In this document: piece by piece, positions 28,327-38,711 of the stretch | Layout of the letters: every line of letters starts with the position of its first letter | Numbering within the stretch: position 1 is the stretch's first letter | Source: Spirochaetales bacterium | GTDB taxonomy: Bacteria; Spirochaetota; Spirochaetia; DSM-27196; SLAA01 | NCBI GenBank assembly: GCA_007127105.1 | Contig: SLAA01000058.1 | Location: 1-62,099 of the forward strand | DNA: 62,099 nucleotides | Direction of reading: 5' to 3' | Notes under the pieces: generated by a model | The model's database searches: none | Told to the model about the DNA's origin: nothing | The model's input: the letters and a program-made list of their open reading frames with translations, nothing else | Made by a program: the position numbers and the translations under genes

Positions 28327-29835
28327 TTAGCGGCGTATATCCAGTTCCTTCATGAGTCGCGATAAGTAAGTGCGTTGTATGCCCAGCGCTTTTGCTGTTT
28401 CGGTCTGGTGCCAGCCGTGCTGCTCGAGGGCGTTACGGAGGTAGTTGCGTTTGAACAAGTTGATTGAGTCCTTGAGAGTTTTGCCGTGATAGTGCTCCTC
28501 CGTACTTGCATCATGATCGCTAAGCATAAGATGTTGAGGTTGGATATAGTCGTCGCGGCAAATCACAACCGCGCGTTCGACAACGTTTTCCAACTCGCGA
28601 ACGTTACCTGGCCATGAATAGGCTAAGAGGCTCTCCATGGCCTCGTCGGTGAAACCACGCACCTGCTTCTTGGTTTCACCGTTGAGTTGCTTAAGAAAAA
28701 ACTCGGCCAGTGCCGGAATGTCTTCGGGTCGACGGCGCAGCGGCGGAACGACAATGGGGAGTACGTTGAGGCGATAATACAGGTCACTCCGAAAGCTTCC
28801 GTTCTGCACTGCCTTTTCAATGTCTCGGTTGGTGGCCGCAATAATGCGTACATCGACCGTAATCTGCTCACTCGAACCAACTCGTTCGAAACTGCGCTGT
28901 TGCAGTACACGGAGCATTTTTGCTTGTAATTTGAGAGGAAACTCACCAATCTCGTCCAGAAAGATTGTACCCCCGTGCGCCAACTCAAATCTACCTTGAC
29001 GGTCGGCATGTGCGTCGGTGAAGGCCCCCTTCACATGACCAAAGAGCTCGCTTTCAAGGAGTGACTCAGGCAGTGCTGCGCAGTTGACTCGAATAAGCGG
29101 CCCCGCCGACCGGTGGCTGTGACGGTGGATCTGCTCGGCGAACAACTCCTTACCTACACCGCTTTCACCCATGATCAGCACAGATGAGTCAGTCTCTGCA
29201 ACACGTTTTGCCAGTTCAAGCTTCTCTGCCATTGCCGGGCTACGATACACCAGCCGATGGTACCCCTGGTCGGCATTCACTTGGTCCTGGAGGCGTGATA
29301 TCTCCTCCCTTGCCCGTTGGAAGGAGCGAGCATTCTGGAGTGCCAGTGCGGCCTGGTTTGCGAATATTTCTAACCACTGCAGATCGTGTTGGTCAAATAC
29401 CTTGCCGTCACGCTTGTTGATCATTTCCAGCACACCGACACACCGATCCTTTACGCGCATAGGAACAGCAAGAATTGAGTTGGTGGTATAGCCGATCTGC
29501 TTGCTGATAGCCGAGAAAAAGCGAGGGTCCTCTGCGACGTCGTCGACAATCAGGGATCGGTTATGTTGTGCGACCCACCCGGCGATTCCTTCACCTAAAT
29601 GCAGTGAGTACCGGGAGAGTTCTGGTCCTTTGGAGCCCAGCGCAATTTCAAAGTAAAGCTTGTTGTTTTCGGAGTTGAGCAAAAGGAGAGACGAGGCTTC
29701 GGCACTTGTCAGACGCGTCGCAGACTCAACAATGCGCTGGAGTAACTCCCGCGCATTGCTGTAGTCCGAGTTAATGAGGGTGTTAATCTCAATAAAAGTT
29801 TCGAATCGACGCTGGTCGAGGTCCGATTTGAACAT
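28327..29835 (-). CDS. sigma-54-dependent transcriptional activator, GAF-AAA+-HTH
   Basis: GAF domain, Walker A GESGVGKE, ESELFGHVKGAFTDA (a GAFTGA variant), and Fis-type HTH AKALGIQRTYLSRLMKEL. Confidence 0.9.
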   Translation of the reverse strand: MFKSDLDQRRFETFIEINTLINSDYSNARELLQRIVESATRLTSAEASSLLLLNSENNKLYFEIALGSKGPELSRYSLHLGEGIAGWVAQHNRSLIVDDVAEDPRFFSAISKQIGYTTNSILAVPMRVKDRCVGVLEMINKRDGKVFDQHDLQWLEIFANQAALALQNARSFQRAREEISRLQDQVNADQGYHRLVYRSPAMAEKLELAKRVAETDSSVLIMGESGVGKELFAEQIHRHSHRSAGPLIRVNCAALPESLLESELFGHVKGAFTDAHADRQGRFELAHGGTIFLDEIGEFPLKLQAKMLRVLQQRSFERVGSSEQITVDVRIIAATNRDIEKAVQNGSFRSDLYYRLNVLPIVVPPLRRRPEDIPALAEFFLKQLNGETKKQVRGFTDEAMESLLAYSWPGNVRELENVVERAVVICRDDYIQPQHLMLSDHDASTEEHYHGKTLKDSINLFKRNYLRNALEQHGWHQTETAKALGIQRTYLSRLMKELDIRR

Positions 29836-29854
29836 TGCTCATTCCGAACCTGCC

Positions 29855-31579
29855 TCAGGTTTCGCTCTTGTCCTTGAGAAAATCACCGAGGGTAAAGGTT
29901 GCTTCGTCGTCATTGTCGTGAATGTACTTTTGTAGCTCTTCACGCTGTTCTTTTCGTTCCACTTCACGGACCGAGAGACCAAGCCGCTGCTTGGGCGGAT
30001 TGACCTCGGTAATAACCACCGAGAGTTTGTCGCCAATCTTCAGTTTCGCAGCCGCCTGCTCAAAGGACTCGGTTCGGGGGTCGACAAGTGCATTCTTGTT
30101 AATAAGGCCCTCAACGCCACCGGGAACCCGGAGGAACACGCCGAAGTCCGTGATGTTGGTGATCTCGCCCTCAAGAATAGTGCGGTTAGAGTACGCACGC
30201 TTGAGACCTGCCCAGGGATCTTCATCAAGTTGTTTCAGACTGAGCCGTATGTTGCGGTTCTCTACATCAAACGCGGAAACGACACATTCAATTTCCTGAC
30301 CTTCCTCGAGCAGTTCAGACGGATGGCGAGGGCGCTCTGTCCAGGAGATATCGTCTACATGGAGGAAGCCGTCAATGCCTTCTTCAAGTTCAATAAAGGC
30401 ACCGGAGTTAGTGATCTTCTTGATAACACGGCTAAGGCGCATGCCCACAGGGTATTTCTCAGGAAGATCCTCCCAAGGATTGGGTAGCACCTGCTTAATA
30501 CCGAGCGATACCCGACCTTGTGCGAGATCGTAGTCGAGAATCTTTGTCTCAACCTCGTCTCCGGGAGAGAGAACTTCCTTCGGGTGGTTAATGCGCTTAA
30601 CCCAAGAAAGCTCAGAAATGTGAGCGAGGCCTTCAATTCCTTCCTCAATCTCAATAAAGGCGCCGAAGTCAGTCAACTTGGTGACCTTGCCACTCACGAT
30701 ATCGTCGACGCGGTATTTGTCCTCGAATGTGCTCCAGGGGTCGGGAGTCATATGACGCAGGGAAAGGTTGATCTTCTGGTCTTCTGGTTCCATCCGGATC
30801 ACCTTAAGCTTGAGCGTTTCGCCCTTCTTCACGACATCTTTGGGACGAGTTACGTGGCCCCAGCTCATGTCGTTTATGTGCAGCAGACCATCAAAGCCGC
30901 CAAGGTCGATAAAAGCGCCAAAGGAGGTGAAGCTTTTAACCACACCCTCGACCTCGTCGCCAATTGCGATATTCTTAAAGAACCCTTCCTTGGCAAGCTT
31001 GGTCTCTTCTTCCAACCATGCACGCCGTGAAAGAATGATGTTTACTCGGTTCTCACTGTAGAGCCTTTCTACATAGAACTTGGAATCAAGTCCTACGTAC
31101 TCTTCCGGCTCATCAATACGGCGATTATCCATCTTGGAGATGGGGTTAAATCCGCGGATATCTGCAATCAACTGAACCTCAAAGCCGCCCTTCACACTGC
31201 GGACGACCTTTCCGTCCACCGGGGTGCGATCCTGGAAGGCATCTTTGAGGACTTTCCAATAGGCTTTCTCGTCTGCCTTTTTCTTGGAAACAGATATACC
31301 GCCTGAGCGCGTTTCTTTGCTGAGAAGCACGACATCTACTTCGTCGCCGATTTGCGGAGGGGTAGTAAATTCGTCTACCGGCACTCTGCCTTCGGACTTG
31401 TAGCCGATGTCCACGAAGACGTTCTCCGTGCCAACCTGAACCACGGTTCCGGTCACTAAGTGACCAACCTCGGGCTGCCCTACCTCCATTTCATCAAGTT
31501 TCTTCATGAACTCTTCTTGCATATCTTCCTGAAGAGTCGGGTTGAGCGGTTCAGCGTTGTGCGCTTCATTATCAGTCAT
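29855..31579 (-). CDS. rpsA: 30S ribosomal protein S1 (six S1 domains)
   Basis: Repeated S1 motifs (G.V..V...G.FV.....GL.H.S). Confidence 0.93.
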   Translation of the reverse strand: MTDNEAHNAEPLNPTLQEDMQEEFMKKLDEMEVGQPEVGHLVTGTVVQVGTENVFVDIGYKSEGRVPVDEFTTPPQIGDEVDVVLLSKETRSGGISVSKKKADEKAYWKVLKDAFQDRTPVDGKVVRSVKGGFEVQLIADIRGFNPISKMDNRRIDEPEEYVGLDSKFYVERLYSENRVNIILSRRAWLEEETKLAKEGFFKNIAIGDEVEGVVKSFTSFGAFIDLGGFDGLLHINDMSWGHVTRPKDVVKKGETLKLKVIRMEPEDQKINLSLRHMTPDPWSTFEDKYRVDDIVSGKVTKLTDFGAFIEIEEGIEGLAHISELSWVKRINHPKEVLSPGDEVETKILDYDLAQGRVSLGIKQVLPNPWEDLPEKYPVGMRLSRVIKKITNSGAFIELEEGIDGFLHVDDISWTERPRHPSELLEEGQEIECVVSAFDVENRNIRLSLKQLDEDPWAGLKRAYSNRTILEGEITNITDFGVFLRVPGGVEGLINKNALVDPRTESFEQAAAKLKIGDKLSVVITEVNPPKQRLGLSVREVERKEQREELQKYIHDNDDEATFTLGDFLKDKSET

Positions 31580-31585
31580 ACTAAA

Positions 31586-32260
31586 CTAGTTCTCCTGCTG
31601 AATTTTATCACTTTGAATAGTGGTGGTTACTTTGTCACAAACTTCCTCGATGGTCAAGTGCGATGTATCCAAATACAAAGCGTCGGGAGCTATGACGAGC
31701 GCTCCATGCTCTTTTGTGCGGTCGGCCTCATCTCTTTCTGCAATGGCGTTGCGAATTTCTTCATAGCTGCTGCGCTGCTCTTCTGGAGTGGACTCGGCCT
31801 GTTGGGCGTATCTTCTTTGGGCGCGCGACTCGATATCGGCATCCAGGTAGACCTTGAACTCGGCATCCGGGAACACAACGGTCGTGATATCCCGGCCCTC
31901 AACGACAATATCGCCTTTGGTGGCCGTGCTCCGGAGTAGAGCGTTTACGATTTCACGTACGCGAAGCACGCTTGAGACGGCGGATACATGACGGTCAACC
32001 AGCTCGCCGTGGAGTTCTGCATCCGGGACGAAGCTGCCCGATATGCGGAGTCCACCGTCGGCCGGGAGAATCTCTACGCCTTCAGCTATTGCAACTATGG
32101 TGGAACTGTCGTTGCTGGTGCCAGCGGTTTGCAGTACCTGGTGGGTGATTGCCCGATAAAGCTTGCCGCTATTTAAGTGATGAAACCCAAGTCGTTGCGC
32201 CACACGTTGCGAGACGACACTTTTTCCGCTGCCTGCGGGACCGTCTATAGCTATGACCAT
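31586..32260 (-). CDS. cmk: cytidylate kinase
   Basis: IAIDGPAGSGKS P-loop. Position immediately upstream of rpsA. Confidence 0.9.
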   Translation of the reverse strand: MVIAIDGPAGSGKSVVSQRVAQRLGFHHLNSGKLYRAITHQVLQTAGTSNDSSTIVAIAEGVEILPADGGLRISGSFVPDAELHGELVDRHVSAVSSVLRVREIVNALLRSTATKGDIVVEGRDITTVVFPDAEFKVYLDADIESRAQRRYAQQAESTPEEQRSSYEEIRNAIAERDEADRTKEHGALVIAPDALYLDTSHLTIEEVCDKVTTTIQSDKIQQEN

Positions 32261-32261
32261 T

Positions 32262-33062
32262 TCAGGTTCTCCTGCGCCGTGTCGGCTCGGCCGTGCGCCT
32301 CGGGCGCTCCCTACCGGCTGCAGAGCTCTTCATGAGCGATGCAATTTCGGCCTGGGTCAGGTTGCGATAGCCTCCGGGAGGCAATTTGCCTATATGCACA
32401 TCGGCGATCCGGACTCGATGCACCCGGCGTGGTTCAAGACCCCAGGAAGAGAAGACCCGGCGAAGTTCACGGTTTTTTCCTTCCTGAAGCACCAAGTGTA
32501 CCCTTCTGGGTGAACGAATTTGATAATGGCGCAGGCGATACTGCACACCTTCAATCATAATTCCGCGCCGAAACTGAAGCAGCCGCTCCTCTGGAATTGG
32601 AGCGTCGGTTTCCACCACATACTCTTTCTCAATATTTGAAGAAGGATGCATAACATGCGCGGCTAACTCGCCGTCGTTCGTGCACAAAAGTAGACCTGTT
32701 GAGAGTAAGTCGAGACGACCTATAGGATAGAGCCGGTCGGCGACGTGATTAGGAATGAGGTCAAGGATAACCGGGCGGCCCTGTGGATCGCTCACGGTAG
32801 AAACGTAACCGGACGGCTTGTGCAGGGCTATGTACACCTTGGTGCGGGTCGGCTTAACTTTGCGACCGTCGAACTCTACTACATCATCAGGCTCCACAAT
32901 GGTACCCATTTGGGTGACTGTGGTACCATTAACGCGAACCCGACCCGAGCGAATTATTTCTTCGGACGCGCGACGTGATGCGACCCCAGCATGGGCTAGA
33001 TATACTTGAAGGCGTAGTTTCTTCTCCTGCTCGGAGCTAGAACGCGCTTTCTTATCACTCAT
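32262..33062 (-). CDS. rluB: 23S rRNA pseudouridine synthase, RluB/RsuA family
   Basis: S4 domain, GRLDLLSTGLLL catalytic motif, basic C-terminal tail. Confidence 0.85.
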   Translation of the reverse strand: MSDKKARSSSEQEKKLRLQVYLAHAGVASRRASEEIIRSGRVRVNGTTVTQMGTIVEPDDVVEFDGRKVKPTRTKVYIALHKPSGYVSTVSDPQGRPVILDLIPNHVADRLYPIGRLDLLSTGLLLCTNDGELAAHVMHPSSNIEKEYVVETDAPIPEERLLQFRRGIMIEGVQYRLRHYQIRSPRRVHLVLQEGKNRELRRVFSSWGLEPRRVHRVRIADVHIGKLPPGGYRNLTQAEIASLMKSSAAGRERPRRTAEPTRRRRT

Positions 33063-33616
33063 AATTCGGACTCCCCTTCCTCGTTTGATCGGAATCGCTC
33101 TTCTTCAAGCTCATCAAGTTTCGGAAGTTCGGAAATACTTGATAGACGAAATAACTTGAGAAACTGCTTGGTGGTGCCGTACTGCACAGGTTTCCCTGGC
33201 GTTTCTTTACGACCAACCTCTTTGATGAGGTCGCGGCTAAGAAGCAGACGAATCATACCGTCGGCAGCAACGCCACGCAGATTTTCGATTTCCACCCGTG
33301 TTATTGGTTGTGAATATGCCACTATGGACAGCGTTTCAAGAGCTGCACGTGAGAGGCGACTGTCATTCTTCTTGCCGTAACGGTCTCTAAGTGCGTCCAG
33401 CAGGTGCTCTTTCGGCTGAATACGGTAACCGTCGGCAATGTGTATCAGTTCAAGCCCGTGATGAGGCTCGTCGTACTTGCTGGTGAGATACTCAAGAGCC
33501 TGAGTTACGACCTCAGGACCGAGTTTGGTTATCTTGCTCAAGGTCGCCGGTTCAACCGGTTCGTTCTCAAGAAAGAGTACGGCTTCGATCAGAGCTGCTT
33601 CGTCGTCAAGCGGCAT
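33059..33616 (-). CDS. scpB: segregation and condensation protein B
   Basis: IEAVLFLENEPV and AALETLSIVAYSQPITRVEIE motifs. Follows scpA. Confidence 0.88.
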   Translation of the reverse strand: MPLDDEAALIEAVLFLENEPVEPATLSKITKLGPEVVTQALEYLTSKYDEPHHGLELIHIADGYRIQPKEHLLDALRDRYGKKNDSRLSRAALETLSIVAYSQPITRVEIENLRGVAADGMIRLLLSRDLIKEVGRKETPGKPVQYGTTKQFLKLFRLSSISELPKLDELEEERFRSNEEGESEL

Positions 33617-34373
33617 CGGCAGGCCTCCGTATTCGTATATCGCCGAACAGGCGGTTTTGATAAATCTTCACTCTTTTCACCTTCACCGACTCCAGAATCG
33701 CCAAGAAGGCACAGACCACCTCCATAACCGAGTTGGTGTTAATGAGGAGGTCGGTAAAGGTGAACTCACCCCGATCATCCAATAGTTCGTCAATGAGCGC
33801 AATTTTTTCATTAATAGAAACCTCTTCATAGAGGTCTATAATCCGTTCACTGCTGAGCCCTGAGAGGAGCGTGCTGAAGGTTTTAAGGAGATCCCAGACC
33901 TCGAGTTCGTCCCAGAGATCGTCACTGTCGGGAAACGGCAACGCAATTTGCTTCTTTTTGCGCTCCAACATCCATTCGGTCTCGTTTTCTTTTACCTGAA
34001 TGAGGTCGGTTAGCTTTTTGTACTTTTGATACTCTATGAGCTGGTCAACCAACTCGCGCCGGGGGTCGTCAAACTCGTCGTCAAGCGTAATCTCCTGTGG
34101 CAGAAGCATACGGCTCTTGATATAGAGCAAGGTACTCGCAAGCAGATAGAACTCGGTAATGTTCTCCAGATCAACCTTCACAGAATAGGCGATATACTGG
34201 AGGTATTGCTCGGTAATTTGGGAGATCGGTATATCGTAAATGTTCACTTCGTTGCGCTTGATGAGAAAGAGGAGGAGATCAAGCGGTCCTTCAAACTCCT
34301 CTAAACGAAAGCGGGCTCCGCTGTGCTCGTTCTCGGGGTGTTCAGGCGCCTCGTTTGTTGTAATTTCTTCCAT
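33606..34373 (-). CDS. scpA: segregation and condensation protein A
   Basis: FEGPLDLLLFLIKRNEVNIYDIPI motif. Confidence 0.88.
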   Translation of the reverse strand: MEEITTNEAPEHPENEHSGARFRLEEFEGPLDLLLFLIKRNEVNIYDIPISQITEQYLQYIAYSVKVDLENITEFYLLASTLLYIKSRMLLPQEITLDDEFDDPRRELVDQLIEYQKYKKLTDLIQVKENETEWMLERKKKQIALPFPDSDDLWDELEVWDLLKTFSTLLSGLSSERIIDLYEEVSINEKIALIDELLDDRGEFTFTDLLINTNSVMEVVCAFLAILESVKVKRVKIYQNRLFGDIRIRRPADAA

Positions 34374-34407
34374 AGTAGTCCGGTGTGGTTACGATGCCGA
34401 ACCCCTA

Positions 34408-34959
34408 TTATACGAGAATGTGCTCCTGTCGGTAAATACCCTCGGAAAGATCTATCTGAACTAACTCGGCAATGGGTCGTTTATACTGCGGGTGTTCAAG
34501 CTCTGGTGCAATTTCGAGCAGTGGAGCCAGCACAAAGGCCCGCTCCAGCAGACCTGGGTGCGGAATTTTCAGGTTCGGTTCGTGCAGCAGAAGATCACCA
34601 AAGAGAAGTATGTCGATGTCTAAACTGCGCGGGCCTTTTGGTAGCTCCTGCTTGCGGTTACGGCCATGTTTGCTCTCAATAGTGTTACAAATAGCGAGCA
34701 GTTCATGCGGGCTGCCTGCGAAGTATCCTTCTATCACCGCGTTCAGGAATGCGGGCTGATCCGAAAGATACATGGGTGCGGTCTCGTAGACCGGTGAGGC
34801 GGTGAGCTGGCTCAGGTGGCCTGCGAGACCTTGGGTAGCGTCACGCAGGAACACCAGGCGGTCACCGAGATTTGAACCAATGCCCAGAAAGACGTGGTGC
34901 GAGGCATCTGAGGTGTCGTTGCGGCCATACTCACTGGCTCCACTGCCCGTATCTGTCAA
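34408..34959 (-). CDS. folK: 2-amino-4-hydroxy-6-hydroxymethyldihydropteridine diphosphokinase (HPPK)
   Basis: [11 protein letters not shown] and [11 protein letters not shown] motifs. TTG is the only in-frame start, and it overlaps the recA stop (TTGA). Confidence 0.85.
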   Translation of the reverse strand: MTDTGSGASEYGRNDTSDASHHVFLGIGSNLGDRLVFLRDATQGLAGHLSQLTASPVYETAPMYLSDQPAFLNAVIEGYFAGSPHELLAICNTIESKHGRNRKQELPKGPRSLDIDILLFGDLLLHEPNLKIPHPGLLERAFVLAPLLEIAPELEHPQYKRPIAELVQIDLSEGIYRQEHILV

Positions 34960-36212
34960 AACAGCTCGTCGTCGCTGGGGTTTTCATCGACCGGACTCTG
35001 ATCGACCGGATCATCGAGATCGCTGTCCTCGACAGGCATTGCAGGCATTGTCTCGGCCTTGGTGTTTTCCACAGGCCTGCTCTTTGATGACGCCGAGCTG
35101 GTGGTCTTGGATTTTGGGGTGGCTTTATCCGTCTTTGCGGCCTCGTCTGCTGGAAGTTTCGGGACTCGAGGTTCGGCCTTTGGGAACATTTTCTCCCGCA
35201 GCTCTGACTCAAGCTTTGCCGCGATGTCTTCATGCTCCTCAAGGAACTGCTTGGCGTTTTCGCGGCCCTGCCCAATACGCTCCTCACCAAATGAGTACCA
35301 GCTACCACTCTTCTGAATGAGTTCATATTTCAAAGCCGCGTCGAGGAGGCTTCCGGCCGCTGAGATACCAATTCCGAACATGATTTCCAGTTCACATTTA
35401 CGGAATGGCGGCGCGACCTTGTTCTTAGCAATTTTCACTCGCACGCGATTCCCAATGGCATCGTCGGTTCCCTTACTAATTGTTTCAATTCGGCGAACTT
35501 CAAGGCGGACTGAGGAATAAAACTTGAGTGCTTTACCACCGGTAGTTGTCTCTGGATTGCCGAACATGACACCAATCTTCATGCGGATCTGGTTGATGAA
35601 GATAAGGCAGGTGCCGGATTTTGAGATGGTGCCGGTGAGTTTGCGGAGTGCCTGGCTCATGAGGCGCGCCTGCAGGCCCATGTGGGAGTCACCCATTTCC
35701 CCTTCAATCTCCGCTCGGGGTGTAAGGGCGGCGACCGAGTCTACGACAATTACATCTACCGCGCCGGACCGAACTAAGGACTCTGCAATTTCCAGTGCCT
35801 GTTCGCCGGTATCCGGTTGCGATACCCAGAGTTCGTCGATATTTACGCCAAGTTTGCCTGCATACGTTGGGTCAAGCGCATGCTCGGCATCGATAAAGGC
35901 GGCGATCCCCCCCATTTTTTGGGCCTCGGCCACGGCGTGGAGCGCCAAAGTGGTTTTTCCTGACGACTCAGGGCCATACACCTCAATGATCCGTCCTTTT
36001 GGGTAGCCTCCCAAACCGAGAGCCTCGTCCAGCAGGATGGACCCGGACGGAATAACCTCAATCCCTTTGATGTCGGTTCCATCACCCATCTTCATGAGTG
36101 ATCCCTTCCCGAACTGCTTTTCAATCTGTAAACGTGCAGCCTCAATGGCGCGCGCCTTTTCGGTTGCGAGGTCGCTGTTTTTTGCAAATACCTGTGTTTC
36201 TTTCTTTGCCAT
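34956..36212 (-). CDS. recA: recombinase RecA with ~70-aa C-terminal extension
   Basis: [12 protein letters not shown] Walker A. I chose the ATG at 36212 (MAKKETQVF). The track start at 36344 adds a non-RecA leader. Confidence 0.95.
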   Translation of the reverse strand: MAKKETQVFAKNSDLATEKARAIEAARLQIEKQFGKGSLMKMGDGTDIKGIEVIPSGSILLDEALGLGGYPKGRIIEVYGPESSGKTTLALHAVAEAQKMGGIAAFIDAEHALDPTYAGKLGVNIDELWVSQPDTGEQALEIAESLVRSGAVDVIVVDSVAALTPRAEIEGEMGDSHMGLQARLMSQALRKLTGTISKSGTCLIFINQIRMKIGVMFGNPETTTGGKALKFYSSVRLEVRRIETISKGTDDAIGNRVRVKIAKNKVAPPFRKCELEIMFGIGISAAGSLLDAALKYELIQKSGSWYSFGEERIGQGRENAKQFLEEHEDIAAKLESELREKMFPKAEPRVPKLPADEAAKTDKATPKSKTTSSASSKSRPVENTKAETMPAMPVEDSDLDDPVDQSPVDENPSDDELF

Positions 36213-36294
36213 GGAATATCCTTGCGTGCGAATTGGGAGACATGCTCCATACCATACTACTACCGGAAAATATGCACGCTGATTGTCGTCTCGC

Positions 36295-36323
36295 ATACTA
36301 CATCCCATATTTTCCGCGGTCAA
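36295..36323 (-). promoter_or_regulatory. candidate sigma-70 promoter of recA
   Basis: Minus strand reads TTGACC (36323-36318), then 17 nt, then TAGTAT (36300-36295). Confidence 0.4.
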
Positions 36324-36392
36324 TACGGGGAAACCCAAGCTCATGGGTTGAATCTACGAGTAAGAGGAAGTTGTGCCGATATTAGCAGTACT

Positions 36393-37121
36393 ATGAGGTG
36401 TAAGCGCAGGCTGTTCCAATGCCCTATGCTGTGGGCTGTATGCATGATGACCACGGTTCTCCCGTTTCAAACGCTTTCCGCTGACCTGCCGCGTGAGGCG
36501 GGTAGCAATGGGGACTTGAACGCGCGGGTGCAGGTAAGGAACGCATATGTCGAGGTGACTGCCGAGCGACTGCGGCGCTCCTCACTGGCGGAGGCGGAAC
36601 GCATTCTCAGAGATCCGGCCTTGCAGAATGCGCCGTTCATTGAGCCCCTTGTGCTTTCCGTGTTGCAGCGACGTCAGTCGGAGGAACGGGAGTTTCTTCT
36701 CATTCGGGTTATGGACCTGTTCGTGCTTCATCGAAACGGCATGCCACGGACGGAGTTGCTTGAGGCTAACGCATACGCTTTTGTGAGGTTGGCGGAGCGG
36801 TACTATAGCTTTGTGGACCCATCCTTACGCTACCGTGTGTTGTTGCTCACGGCTGAGCGTGATCCTAACGAGGCACGGAAAATGGTGCAGCATGGATTTG
36901 CTCGGGTGCTTATGCGACTGAACGAGGGAGGTGCAGATCTGACCCCTGCCGAGTTGCAAGAGGCACTGGTCATGTGTCAGATCGCGCAGCGCTTTCCCCA
37001 TCCTTCGACCGCACTCGGCGCAGCTCTCATTGCAGAAAAAGCGCGTATTCCTGAGCTTGTACAGGCCGCACGAAGTGCGGCGCGGGCAACAGGAATTAAC
37101 CTGGGAGCGACCAGCGAGTAA
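36393..37121 (+). CDS. secreted hypothetical protein
   Basis: ATG 36393 gives MRCKRRLFQCPMLWAVCMMTTVLPFQTLSA, a signal peptide. The rest is a helical protein with no recognised motif. Confidence 0.6.
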   Translation: MRCKRRLFQCPMLWAVCMMTTVLPFQTLSADLPREAGSNGDLNARVQVRNAYVEVTAERLRRSSLAEAERILRDPALQNAPFIEPLVLSVLQRRQSEEREFLLIRVMDLFVLHRNGMPRTELLEANAYAFVRLAERYYSFVDPSLRYRVLLLTAERDPNEARKMVQHGFARVLMRLNEGGADLTPAELQEALVMCQIAQRFPHPSTALGAALIAEKARIPELVQAARSAARATGINLGATSE

Positions 37122-37169
37122 TGAGCACAATGCTTTGACCTTGCATGGTGTTTTCGGTACTATGGCCGC

Positions 37170-38273
37170 ATGAGAGGAGATTTGGTACTACTCGCGACTC
37201 GTTCTATGAGCGGCTATATGGAGCGGGTGTTTCACCAGCTGCAAACCTTCCCGGACTTCCATAGTACCGTGAACAGTGAGAACAGTATGGGCGAACTACG
37301 CACTGTAGATTTCGCCGACGGAGAAATGGAAGTTGAGGTTCACAGTTCGCTGCGGGGCAAGGACGTCTTCCTCTTCTCTCAGGCGGGGCGCAACGCCCAT
37401 GGTCTTACGGTGGAAAAGAACAAGCTCGAACTGTACCACACAATTGACGCCCTCAAACGGGCTGCCGCCGGTCGAATAACGCTGTTTGAACCCTACTCCA
37501 GCTCTTCACGGTCCGATAGGACTACACGACGAAACTCAGTTGGGTTCTGGGTACATCATAAGACCCTCATTAGTCTTGGTGTAGACCACATTATTACCTA
37601 CCAACTGCACTCGGACAAAAGCAAAACTGCTATCGATCCCAATGAATGTGGTATTGATGATGTCCCGGCAAATACTCTCCTTCAAGAGTACATTGCAGAT
37701 AACTTCATTAAGACGCAGGACTATCTTGAGACGAAGGTCAAAGATGACTGGGTATTCTGTTCAGTCGATGCTGGTGGCGAAGGTATAGCCAAGAAGTATG
37801 CTATTGCGTTTGGTACGAAACTCGTAATTGCTCACAAGCAAAGGGATTATCACAAAGCTAACACCGTTGAGTCCATTAATATCCTGACCGCAACACCAAT
37901 TGAAGGCAAGGTGGTTTGGATCGTGGACGACATGGTCGATACCGGAGGATCGGTTCACGCGCTCGTAAAGGAGCTACACAAGCGAAATGTTGCAAAAATT
38001 CGCATCGCTGCGGTGCATCCGGTGTTCTCGGACCCTGCTGTAGAACGGCTGCAGCAGTTGTACAACGACGGTATGCTCGACGCCGTAGTCGTTACCGATA
38101 CTCTTGACTGCTCGGGCGAGCTGCGCAGGCAACTCCCCTTTCTGCATGTGGTGTCTTCGGCACGGTTTTCTGCCGAGCTCATCATGCGGATGCATGAAGA
38201 GAAATCGCTGTCCCCTTTCTTTGAAGCATTTGACGCCCGACGTTACCTGGCTTCACTAAAACTGTTTATGTGA
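37170..38273 (+). CDS. prs: ribose-phosphate pyrophosphokinase family protein (divergent, long form)
   Basis: PRPP-binding loop VWIVDDMVDTGGS and FADGE-type N-domain. The regulatory flexible-loop region is divergent. Confidence 0.8.
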   Translation: MRGDLVLLATRSMSGYMERVFHQLQTFPDFHSTVNSENSMGELRTVDFADGEMEVEVHSSLRGKDVFLFSQAGRNAHGLTVEKNKLELYHTIDALKRAAAGRITLFEPYSSSSRSDRTTRRNSVGFWVHHKTLISLGVDHIITYQLHSDKSKTAIDPNECGIDDVPANTLLQEYIADNFIKTQDYLETKVKDDWVFCSVDAGGEGIAKKYAIAFGTKLVIAHKQRDYHKANTVESINILTATPIEGKVVWIVDDMVDTGGSVHALVKELHKRNVAKIRIAAVHPVFSDPAVERLQQLYNDGMLDAVVVTDTLDCSGELRRQLPFLHVVSSARFSAELIMRMHEEKSLSPFFEAFDARRYLASLKLFM

Positions 38274-38708
38274 GTCTACGAGGATCGTCACAGGCCCGTC
38301 CCCGACACTCTCAACCTCCATTAGAGCCTGGAATTTCCCGGTGGCGACCGTTACTCCTTTATTGCGCAGGAGTGTGCAGACCTGAAGGTACCTGGCCTCT
38401 GCCTGCTCGGCAGCAGCTGCATGATTATATGACGGTCGGCGCCCTTTGCGAGTGTCTCCATAGAGCGTGAACTGGCTCACGACGAGTGCCGCCGGGCTGC
38501 GGTGCTCACATAAGGAGGTGTTCATTCGACCTTCTGTGTCAGGAAATATTCTCAGCTGGTGTACTTTATCCGCGATATAGCCCGCGTCGGTGTCGTTATC
38601 GCGTTCCGAGACACCAAGATAGACCAAGAGTCCCTCTCCAATGGCTCCGACGCTGATGCCACCAGACCTTACCTCTGCGCGAAACACGCGTTGAATTACG
38701 GCACGCAC
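38256..38708 (-). CDS. dtd: D-aminoacyl-tRNA deacylase
   Basis: MRAVIQRV, SQFTLYGDTRKGRRPSY and GPVTILVDS motifs. The start is GTG. Confidence 0.92.
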   Translation of the reverse strand: MRAVIQRVFRAEVRSGGISVGAIGEGLLVYLGVSERDNDTDAGYIADKVHQLRIFPDTEGRMNTSLCEHRSPAALVVSQFTLYGDTRKGRRPSYNHAAAAEQAEARYLQVCTLLRNKGVTVATGKFQALMEVESVGDGPVTILVDSHKQF

Positions 38709-38711
38709 AGG

